A stretch of DNA of 64,000 nucleotides from assembly GCF_018977255.1 (NCBI RefSeq), contig NW_024704760.1:3162001-3226000 (forward strand), read 5' to 3'. The stretch is from Callorhinchus milii. Lineage: Eukaryota. The notes under the pieces are model-generated. The model was not told the DNA's origin and did not search any database. It saw only the letters and a list, made by a program, of their open reading frames with translations. Shown piece after piece: positions 48,501 to 60,500 of this stretch. A program made the position numbers and the translations under genes. The number at the start of each line of letters is the position of its first letter. Position 1 is the first letter of the stretch.

Positions 48501-51500
48501 CCACCTCATCATCCAACTGCTTGGAGTATGGAAACCCCGGTACATCACGTTCGGAATCCAGCATTGCAGAGGGTTTAGTCTCCTCCTCGGCTCTGTTCCT
48601 CCCGTATCCTATTCCAGCACCTTGGAAACCGTACCGATTGCTGTTGGAATCAGAAGCTCTGTCTGTAGAGAGCTGCTGGAGGGACAAGTCTGCGTCCACT
48701 TCACTTTTTCCCTCCTTGTATAGAAAAGGACGCGTTTTGGAAAGCATGTTCGAATCAAACGTGCTTGATCCCTTGCTCTCCTCGGATTTCGACTGGAACA
48801 GGGGTTGCTCTTTCGGGCTGGTTTTTGTGGCTTGGGGAGTGTTGAACTGATCTCCAGCTTGCTCTCGGCTGGACCTTCAGCCTCCTTGTCCTGCGAGTCC
48901 AGTGTGTATTCGTTGGCATCCTGCATGATCAGCATGGATTTGGTTTTACTCTGTCGGTTGGCCCTCGACGTCTCGGAACTATTGGCGTTCGGGGAGAACC
49001 CGTAGAGCTTGGCCGTCGCCTTAGGGTTGAAGGTGGAGGCGACTGAAGAGTTTGGGAAAAGGGGAGAAGGTTCGGGAGCGAACGAGGATCGGTGGCTCGC
49101 GAGAGAGACCTGTGAAGCCATAGGTTTCGTCGGGAAAGTCGCGGAAGAAGGCAGAGGATGCAAACCTTCGTCTTTCAGAGGAAGACTGAAAGGGCGCTGG
49201 AGGATGTGCCTTTGCGGAGGGGGTGGCGGGGCATTCTTGGGGCGATTGATCGGGCGCAATCTGGAAACCTCGTCTTGCAGGGAAGACTTCAGAGGAAAAT
49301 GACTGTGTGGGAGACCTGGAGGGGGCATATTTGGAGGAGGCAGTGGAGGCATTTTTGGAACCTGCTCCTCCATCTCGAAAGGTTTGTGAGGCATCTTTAC
49401 TAGAGGAGGTGCTGGAGGAATCATCCTCGGGGGCAACAGCGAGTTGGTGTCAGGCAGGGGGTAGGTCGGGGGGGGTAGGATTGGCTGGGCTCTCGTGTTG
49501 GGAGCTGGAGGTGGGGGAGGCGGGGCAACCATTGGGGGCGGGGGAGCGGACATTTCATAAAAGGCGTTGGGCGAGCGAGGACTCTGAATGGCGCCGTGCA
49601 TAGGCGGTGGCGGAGCAGCCATCGGCGGGGGTGGTGGAGGAGCCATTGAAGGGGGTGGTGGGATCCAGTCGTCATCTGGGTAGTCAGGCACAAAGCCACC
49701 TTGTCCATAGTTCCCAAGAGTAGAGGCAGTCGGTTTGCGGTCACTGTCTTTTACATTGTAACCTGGAGAACAGAACTATAGTTGATAAAAGTGTCCACTC
49801 TTTAGCCTTAGCAGAGAAACAAAATGGAAATGTTTTCATTTTACCTGCTACACCTTAAACTAACGTCTAGTCCAGTTCGCTGGGGGGGGAACGCTGCTTT
49901 TTATTAAACCGAGTTCCCGTCTCGCCCTGGGCGCGAAATCATTCAAACCCGAATTCTTCGCTTCTCTTCATTCTACATCTTTTGCGTTACATCCAGTTCC
50001 ACTGATTTTTGGAACCTTTCGGTTAACGTGGACAGTTTGAGCTGAAACAATTACGCAAATCCCCTGCGTAAAATGCTTTTTAAAGAAAAAACAACAAAAA
50101 GAGGAGCCCATATCTCTTTGCCTCTTGGATTCTCGAAGTCACCCTGCCTTGCACAGCGCTGTTCTTTCTTGGCAAGGTACAGTATCCTTCCTACGCTGAG
50201 GTAGTCAAGGACCCAAGCCACAATTGCCAAGTCATTCAGCTTCAAGGTCCAAGTGTCAATGCTTCGTCTTGCCTTTTATTCACAGAAGGCTTTTTACCAA
50301 CAAACACTCCACGATTCACTCAAGCTGATTTGATCCATTTTCCATCTCACTATTTTCCAATTTTGACAATGATTGTATACATGGCAAATTGAGGTGACTC
50401 GCGCGTTACCATAGTTACTTAACCCTTACGCTTCTTCACGTCAGAAACATCCACTTAGCTTGATTAATGTTCCTTATCAAAAAGAAAAGACGATCTAAAA
50501 ATAAATGCATCGATAAGATATCTTATGTAAGTCGACAGTGGCACTTTAACCTGATAAAGCACAAAGCTGGTAAAGGCCTCACCTTTTTTTTCCCCCCTCA
50601 TTTTGGTCATAAATGTGATCTGAAATTCTCCTTATCTATTTTTTTTTAAAAAAGGGATTGATTTTTCACTGTAGCATCAAGTCCTTAGCGCACGGGTTTG
50701 GGTTCTAGTCTTAGATAGCTACGCAGCTCAAGTACTATGTTTTTTTGGTCAGCTGGGTGTCTGATTCATGCGGAAACCCATCACCGTGCTTAAGAATATC
50801 CAAACTAGACTGAGAATTCTGTGCATCCCACTTACACGCGGAAATTCCAAAGGTAGATTGTTGCAATGGGATACGCTCTCTCCCTCTCTCTCTCTCTCTC
50901 TCTCCCCCGGAGGGATTCATCCTACTTACCAAATTTCGGAGAGTATTAGGCGCAGGTTGGCAAGAGCCCAGCAAGATGTGCTTTTTGAATTTCTTTTTGT
51001 TTATAAATGACTTCTCTTCAATACAGCTTCTCAAATTAATCATCTTTCCAGTACTCTGGTTCGCAAATTAGAGAGGTACTTGAAAAGAAGAAAATTGCTT
51101 TCAGCAAACATTCTCTCTGAATGAAAGCGAATGATTCAAACCATGTGGTAGAATTACAGAATCATGGAATATTGCAGTACAGAAGGAGGCCATTCGGCCC
51201 ATCGTGCCTGTGTCGGGTCTTTGGAAGAGCTATCCATTCAGTCCCACGCCCCCCACTCTTTCCCCCTGTATCTTTGCAATTTTTTTCTTTTCAAGTATCT
51301 CTCTAATTCCCTTTTGAAAGTTGTTATTGAATCGGTTTCCACCTATACCTGAATTCATAGCCACTCTCGGGATGGTAGAAATCATCAGTCTGTCGGGCAC
51401 AGTAAACTCTGGGCGGTCATGGTGAGGCTATTCAAAACAAATAATAAATCCGTTTGCTCATTTTTTAAAAATCATCCATATAGAGTACCTGCACCCGCAA

Positions 51501-54500
51501 TCCCATTTCAACTTTAAAACTTGATGCAGCGATTTATTCTTTTTAATTCAAGTGAATTCATTGATAAATGACAGAGCAATGAAAATGTGGTCACTATTGT
51601 GTCGATTTCAGATTCTTTCCCCCCCCACTCCTCCTTCCACACACACACACACACCACACACACACACACCACAATTCGCTGTCAGTTTCAGGTCAACCAC
51701 ATAGAGGTTGCATCACCCTCTTTGTATTGGATCACTTATATGTTAGACAATAGAGCAGAAAGACACCTGTTCAGCTACAGGGGAAGTAACCCAACATACA
51801 GTTCCACGTAGGAGTGACTAACATCATGTGTAGTTCCATACATGGCATTCAGCCCTCAACCAACTGGTCACTCACTCACGGCTACTTGTGGAGCTGCTGA
51901 TCGGCTAATCAAAATAGTCCCTACAATTTACAGTAACTCCCGCGAAGCTCTTTGAGACGTCCTCCCAATGGGAAAGGCGTTGCGCCAAAAGCAAGCTTAA
52001 TTTCATGTCTGACTTCAAAGATTCAAACCATGTGGTAGAATTTTAGTCAGTGTGTTTAGTTTAGCTGTCAAACACCGTAAAAGAAATCAAACCGTACAAT
52101 GGAAAGCTTGACTGTGGGCCTGGATTTCACCCTCGCAGTTCCAGAATCTACATATCTATTCATCGCCTCGTCGTTGAACATATTAGCTGTGAGAATCTGA
52201 TCCAGTTTTCCTGTAACAAAAGAAAACACATGACATTGGATCTCAGCAAATGCAGATTACAGCTCTGAAAGAGGTCGTCACAGGTTTTGTATTGAAAAAA
52301 CCCAATGTGAATAACATTCCTCAAGTAGAGAACAAAACAGAAATGTTCTCTGGAGGCTGAAAAGGTTGGTGGAGTGACTTTACGGTGATTTTTTTTTTTG
52401 CATGCTTACCACAAACGAAACAGTGGGTGACTTTCTCCCTCTATTGGGTCAGTCAGACGCTAAAGCATTCAACCTTAAAATTAGGGGGAAAAGGGTTCGG
52501 AAGGAGCGAAGGGCTGATTTTCATCATCCACTCCTTGTTAACGTACATTTCCTTATTGCTGCTACCTACCTTTCCCACGACACATGGCGGCTATTGTAAC
52601 GTACCCACACTACATGCATGGCTGCCAATACTCTCTATGTGGGGAAAATGTTTTGATAGCAAATAAGCAAGCAAGGAGGAAGTGTTGTTTGCTTATGACA
52701 CGTTGAGTCGTTCCTTTTCCAATACTAAAAGGACTTAATGCCGTCATTTTCACACTACAAATGAAAACACTCAGAATACCAGGTAACCATTCGATCAATG
52801 ACAAGCATCCCCTTTGCAACCCGTGTTTGTGAAATCTCTGCCTCTCCCCCCCCACCTCCAACTAATATTATTATAAGTTGGCAAATATCGACATCTTCAG
52901 CCTCACTCTCTTCCTGATCGCAAGCAAAGAACTTTTTAGCGCTCAGTTGTTTTGATTCACTCACCCAAAGCAACAACCTTCCCACACCTACAAGAGAGCA
53001 AGAGAAACTGTTTGCGCTGAATTTGTTTCTCTTGGTCCCGAGCCAATGTTTATTTGGTTATTTCACATAAAGAAGATTGTCAAGCAGACAGGAAGTGTAT
53101 TTGCGTTGATGAAAGGCAGCTGCATTTCAATGCAAAATGCTTTGCTTCCGTCCCACCGGATCTCCTTTCTCTACCTTGAACCCACATGGAGTGCGCCTGG
53201 AGGATCATAAACTCGGCAAAGGAGGCCCTTGGCACTCCCGAAACCAGATGTCCTTCTGGCAGAACGAGGGGATGGCGAGGGCCTGCGCTCAGGCTCGCGC
53301 ACGCTAGGTTCAGGGGCTATACACCGAGGGACAAGCTGAAGCTTGGCTCAACCAACGGCAAAGGCCAGATGGGGGGTAGGGGGGGGGCGAGAACCGGCTC
53401 AAGGCCCAACCCACGAGCTGAAATAAACATATAGAAAAATAAAATTAAATAAAAAATAAACAAACAACCGGACTGAAGTAAACCTAAAGGCACACAGAAG
53501 GACGCTCGAGATGCAACCAGGGAGCGGCCCGAAAACGTACGTACGGTAAACACGTGCGCGCACGATGAGGGGAGGAATTGTAACAGAATGTTGTACATTG
53601 TGTTTGTAAATAAATATATATATTTTCAAAAAAAAAATTCCTTTTATCAACGCACTTCATCTAAAGAAAACTGGATTATCTTCAGCATCTTGGAATGTCC
53701 TTTCGACATGAAAGGCACTATATTAATGTAATTTGTTATTGTTATTATTATTATTATTATGATTGTTGAAGCCGGAAGATGTACAATTAACTCAGTGTTT
53801 GACTTCATTAAAGCCATAATGGTGGGAATGTGATTTTTTTTTAATTTGTACTTGAACAGGAAAGATGTGCAGGGCTATGGGGTAAGAGCGAGGGAGTGGG
53901 ACTAGTTGGGTAGCTCTTTCAAAGAGCCGGCAAAGGCATAATGGCCCAAATGACCTCCTTCTGTGCTCTATGATTCAGTGGGACTTTATCGCAACCTCAA
54001 CTGTGAGAGACACACAATAATGATAGATTTTGTGCTCCTAAAATTGTGTCTCGAGGGAGCATTTGACCCATATACCATGGGGGTGCAATACTTGCGGCAG
54101 CAATAAATTCAGACAATAAGCGAGGAGTGTCTCACAAGATACGTGTCTTATTCGCACAACATTAAAATGAATTGCCTTGAGTGCAATTTGTTTTCAGCCG
54201 CATGTTGGGTGCAATAAGCTAATCGAGCCCTGTGGTATCACTGAAACTGGTCAATAAACGTAATGCTCTATCTCATTCTTACCAGGCAGCAATTTGCATT
54301 CAAACGAAGTTAACTACAATGCCTCTTAGCTTGGCACGGACAGAAGCAGGAAGTTAGCGTTGAGATAATTCTCTCATAAACCCGAACTGTGATAAGATGG
54401 TTGTTATTTAACAACTTCAACATGATTGCTTGTATAACCGGGGCAAATGATTGTACAGTGAAGGATTTTTTCTCATCCATTTACATTATAGATACAGTCA

Positions 54501-57500
54501 CTGTGGCGTTGAAATAAATGTCTTGTATAATTTTTTTTTATCGGGACTGTACTTTGAAAACAGTACAAATATAATGGTAAATAAAGCAAAATGATTGGCT
54601 CCTAAGCTTTGAGTAACTGCTCCATTTCTCTGATCTCTTTTCCTAATCAGCTGATAATAAATAATATATAGAGAATAATAACCCTTGTAGTTGATACAGC
54701 ACCTTATCATGTTGTCGACACGTCTCAAAGCGCTTCAGAGACTGCATTTGTAGGCAAACGCCAATTTACAATTTACATCCAAGCAACAACAACAACAACA
54801 TTTCATTTATAGAGCGCCTTTCACGTCGGGAGGACGTCCCAAGGCGCTGGACAGTTGGGTCGGGACCCAAGCAGTGGGGAAATGGTCAGGGTCTGGGGAG
54901 GGAGGGAGGGAGCGAGGAGGGGGTAGAGAGTCGAGAGGGGAGCTGAAGGCTCGGTCAAAGAGAAATGTCTTGAGACCGGCCTTGAAGGAGGAAAGGGAGG
55001 AGGCGGCGAAGGCACTGGGGGATGGAGTTCAAGAGCCTTGGGGCTGAGTGGCTGAAGGCCACCGATGGTAGGGCGGTTGGGCTGGGGGATGTGGAGCAGA
55101 CCGGAGCCAGAGGAACGGAGGATACGGGCAGGTAAGTAGGGGAATAGTAGGTCGGAGAGGTAGGAGGGAGCGAGGCCGTGAATGGCCTTGTAGGTGAGGA
55201 TCTTGAATTCGAAGCAGCAAGTGAACGAACAATTTTATCTATAATACTATTTGCAAATGATATAACAAGTCAGGAAGGCATTTCAAAATGCGTCATAGTA
55301 TTTACTGTAAAGTGTAGCGACTGTGAACTTTTGTAGGCAAACATGGCATCTTAAAAAATCCCAAACAGACTGACTGAGGGTTCCTCATACGTAAACCATC
55401 TCTGCACTGGAATTCCCCTGTGATCACGGAATACCTTGTGCAAATAGGGCTGCGTTTCAGATGATCCTAACCTAAACACAATCTACCTGCGCTCGTATTT
55501 AACTGCTGTCCAGATCCAGCTCACTCATCGTGTGGCCACCGTCTATCTGACACACGAGTTAAGCAGCATTTCCCAAAAGAGAATTTGCCAATATTTTAAC
55601 TCCGCTAGCTACAAATCTCCTGTTTATAATAATCCTTGCATTTGATATAGCGCTTTTCATGTCAGGAGGACATCCCAAAGCGCTTCACAGAACACACTGT
55701 AAAGTGAATTGACTGTATATTTGTGGGCGAACGTGGCAGCCAATTGCGCACAGCAATGTCCCACAAACAGTCGTAGATTGAAAATGACCAATTTATTATT
55801 GTTTTTGGTTTTGGAGGGATTATTATTAGGCTCTGTGTGGAGTAAGGAAACTTGCCCAAGGTTTCGCCCTCTGCCTGGAACTGAACTCAGGTCTCTCACT
55901 TGCAAAGCGAGTGGTCTAACCACTGAGCTACAGGACTCAATGTTTAGCAGCTAAAGCCTGTTAAACGTTTTAAAGCTGGTTGTTTATAGACAACAGTCCA
56001 GCAAGCATAAAGAACTCCCCACCAAAACTCGTGCTTTAAACACTTACAAGGTCTTTATGAAAATATGTTTGGACAAACTCTTTTAAAAAGAGCCGGCACA
56101 GACACAATGGGCAGAAAGGTCTCCTTCTGTGCTGTATAATTCTATGAAAACTTTCTTTTCACCAACGCAACCTAGAGACGTGCTAAAGACTTCTTCCTTC
56201 CCACACTGAAATGTTTGCCAGGCGCTTTTTTTTTTGCGTTAATAACAGTGACGACGATAATAATAATAATCTTCCTTGCATTCTTTGAGATGTCTCAATG
56301 CACTTCACGGACTAGGCTGTAAAGTGAAATGACTGTATATTTTGTGGGCGAAACGCAGCAGTGAATATAATGTAGGTTGAAGTGTTACATGCTACCCTGA
56401 TATAATAATGAACTTATCACCCCACACGCCGACAGATTTATCACTCACTCCCAGGCATCTGTAATTCTATATCACACATGTGGCCGACCATAACTGGGGA
56501 TCTTTCCATTCTCTAAGGCTTGCATAATGACTGGCATTATATCAGACTCTGCTGAGAGTTTCAGACAATGGTCCATTAATCAACTGACCAGATTTATAAC
56601 TTGGCTCGAGGCAAAAATATCCAACGTTGCCTTAAATATTTTCCCTATCACGATTTTATTTTTTTCGTACCTGCTGAAATTTTAAGGGGCTTTATTTTTT
56701 TTTTTTTTTAAAAAAAGCGCTTCGAGAAATTCGTCACAGGTCAAAGCTGTTAAATAAAAACAAGTTTTTTTTTAAAAAGAAATTGTGGATCAGTTTTCTT
56801 TATACTTGGTTTCATCCCAACTCCTTCACATTTTAAATTCCTGTCCATTTTATCCAATTCTTAATCCCCCCCACAACCCCATGTTAGTTATTTTAATCGG
56901 TTCCTTAACTCTTCTTTTTAATAGTGTTTTAAGTATTGTATTTCGTGCATTCACCTACACTCTGCAGTATATCCTGTGAAGCGTTCGAGATATTGATGGT
57001 GGCAATGATAAGGCTGGCTCTACATGAAATGCAACTATTAATTATTATCGTTATTCTAATTTATTTGTAATATGATTGCTTTCACAAGAAAGTGCCTAAT
57101 CACAAATATTCCTCACTCAATGTTTAAATCAAGTTTTTGATATATATATATATATGTATATATATACACACACACACATACTTTTACAAATCTGTTTTTG
57201 TCTCAATACACTGACATGCAGTGAGTTTAATGGGAGAAAAATTGAAGAGTGGTATTAGAAATTTGTCTGAATTGAAGAGGATTTTTTTTCTTCAGATGAC
57301 TTATAAAGTGACAATAAAAAAAAATCCCTCCCACCACAGTTTATGAGACGAATTAACAGGGAACTCGCCCTGGTTCGTGAGGTCTTATTGCAGAAACAGA
57401 ATATTTGGGAGTGGTGGAGTTCAAAACTTCAGCCTTTATCCCCTGGTCGATGAGATCATTCTTGAAAACAAAACTCAGGGTCAAACTTTAACTTTTGTTT

Positions 57501-60500
57501 TGCTGTTTTCGACCCTTTTTTTATGTAACTGAGCTTTATCCTGAAAAAAAAAGTCCCCCTCTCCCCCTCAAAAAATACCCTCGTGAAAAACAGCACAGTG
57601 GCAAACGGTGTAAGCCGAGATGAGTTCTGATCTCGTGTTCTGCAGACACGGCACAATTGGAGCAATGTGCCACGGGCAAGATTCGCTTGTGTCAAATTGC
57701 TAATAATCTGCCGAATTAATTATGTAGCATTCTGTGCTGTATTTATATATAGCAATAGGTTAAAAAANTAAAAAGTTAAGTACAGCCTCCGCTTCGCCGA
57801 GGGAATCAGAATGTTTAACGGAGGTGAGCTTTGGGAAGCTCTCGGAGCCCATCGCTGTCCGTTTGTAGACTGACCTAGTTTCCAAGGCAGCGTGTAGAAC
57901 AGAGAGAGACGGGTATGATGAGCTGTACAAGATGTCAGCTGCTTGATCTGGAGATTGCATTCGAGTCGGGGAGGGGGGAAATGGTGGGAGAACGAAGAGA
58001 GGAAGGGAAGAAATCTAGCTGAATTGAGGAGGATGCACTTAGGGTCTATTAAAATCTATCGCACATTTCAGTAAATGTCATCCTTAACTTAAGCTTGTTT
58101 GAAGGACATTTAGCAGCAGATAATAATAATCCTAATAATAATAATCCTCGCTGATGAAATAGCACCTCCATGTCTGGAGACCATTTCCCAGCAAGACGTA
58201 AGGTGAAGTGTAGTGACTGTGTATTTTGTAGGCAAATTAGCTTTAGCTGAAACAAAAACCGTGGCTAATCCGATAGATGGAGTAATGACTAATCTAATGC
58301 TTTATTAACTTCTGGTGACCCTGGAGGGCATCTGTGTTATGGTCTGCACTGCTTAAAACTGTCACTTCCATTTTCTGAATAAGCCTTTAGGTTAAAGCTT
58401 ACTGGAATCCAATCCTCATTCACTACACAAAGGATTAGGCATTACTAAAAGGACAAAGGAATAAAGTAACTCACCTGGCTCCTAGCAATCTGTTTTTCTT
58501 TATATTGATTTACTGTACTGTGTGGCTGTCTAACTGAGTAGCCACATTGAGCAAGTGCCAACACCCATGCAGATTTGTTTCACATATTGTTACCACACAA
58601 AGGGATAGTACTTTTCTGAAGGCATTCCCTCACCCCATTAGCTCAGAGCAGCTAGATCTTAGGTCAGATATTGTGTAAACGCCTCTTATCCTCCTGAGAA
58701 ATTTTCATTTTCCACTCGACATATAGTATTGGATTAACTTGTAAATTAATTTCATCCAGCGTTCGTTTCGGTACACTGAAAGCCGGTTAAGTTAAACTCC
58801 CGCATGGTCAAAAGTGCCGTCTTTCAGATCAGACGTTAAGCCGAGGCCCTCTCTGCCTGTTCAGGTGCGTGTAAAAGCTCTGCGGCACTATTTGGAAAGA
58901 GAAGGGTGTTTTTGCTGGTGTCCCGATCACCAATACTTCAGATTAACTGGCCATGCAACTCATGGCTGTTTGCGGGACCTTGCTGTGCTTGTAAGCGTTT
59001 TGAGATGTTTCAACATTACAAGACTTTATTAAGGGTGAGGATTATTATAGACTCTGAATTAGACCAAATGTATGTATGTATGTCCTCGGTCTGAAAGAAC
59101 GTCCCAATTCATAAGCAATCTATAGAATAACTAACACTCCACTGTTAAAGCCCACACACTCAAGCAAAACCTCAGTCGATTGCCAGCAGTGCCTACCCTG
59201 AACCAGCTCAGATTCCCGCCCACAATCTCTCCTCAACACATCTCCTGCATTTTTCTGTTATCCAAAGAGAGATATTTAAAGCACAGCTGACACAAACAGG
59301 CACAGATTCCCATTGGAGCAATGAAACTGCCCCCACAGCATAAAACGAGGCCATCTCATGAACTACCAGCCAGAGAGAGAGAGGGGAAAAAAACAAACTG
59401 AATTTAATGCCAAATTGGAACTAAACCACCAGGTTTTTTTTTGGGGGGTATATATCATATGAGTAGCCAATCTGTTTTAAAAATGATGGATAGTTTCAGA
59501 CTGTGGAATTACGAATATGCCAGACACAAAGTTCACTTTGAAGATTGCTCTAAACTCTGAGTTAGGATCCTGATGAGAAATATCTTATAAGGTTAGACCG
59601 AGGTACTTTCTGCTTTTCAGGTGGATGTTAAAGATCCCACGGCACTATTGAAAAAGAGAAAGCTGTTTCTCCCGACGTCCCTGGCCAATGATCCTTCCAG
59701 ACAAAAACCTGTCTGTTCACTTCACGGCTGTTTGTTGGGAATGTTCCTGTCCTTCCGTTGGTTGCCGCGTTCGTCTACAAAATACACAGCCACTAACGCC
59801 GCACAGTAAAGCTTGTGAAAGACTTTGAGACTGGTGGCAAATGCGATAAGGCGCCATATCACCTTATCTGTTTATGGGACGTCGCTGTACGCAAATTAGC
59901 TGCCACGTTCCGTACAAATAATCACTACACTTTACAGTCAATAACCGCAAAGCGTTGTCTTGGAACGAAAGGTGCTACAACAAATGCAATGCTTGTTATG
60001 AATTATCATGAGGTCAAATGTAAGGAATCCCGTCATCTAGAAAGGAAATTAACCCAGATTGCGAGCTCAGGGCTGAATGTGTCCACCCATTCCTTCCAGC
60101 TAGTTTCACCTTCTGTCGTATTCTATATCTGTAACTCGTCACATGAATTTTTCTCTCTCTTTTTTTAAAAAAAAAGAGACAGACCTCAAATGCAAATACC
60201 ATGAGAAGCGATGGGAAGGATTATTATTAGAATCAGGCCAAGTTCACCTTGACTTTAGCCACCGAATAAGGGTCAACAGCTCATTTGAGGATCTTTTTCC
60301 CTGGTTCTCTCCCTCAACAACAACAACAACAACTTGCATTTCATTTGCACAGCTCCCCTCACGCAGGGTGGTGGTGCCCCAGAGCGCTTGGCAGTGGTGG
60401 AGCGAGACGCCAAGTCGGGGGGGGGGGGGGGGAAGGCGGGGGGTGGGGGGGGGGGAAGGTCCAAGGTGTGACCTGAAGATGGGGGAAGGATGGGGGCGAG

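Noticed and set aside
47929-49603. Plus-strand ORFs opposite the large exon
   Set aside because: Antisense shadows of the C6orf132-like coding exon.
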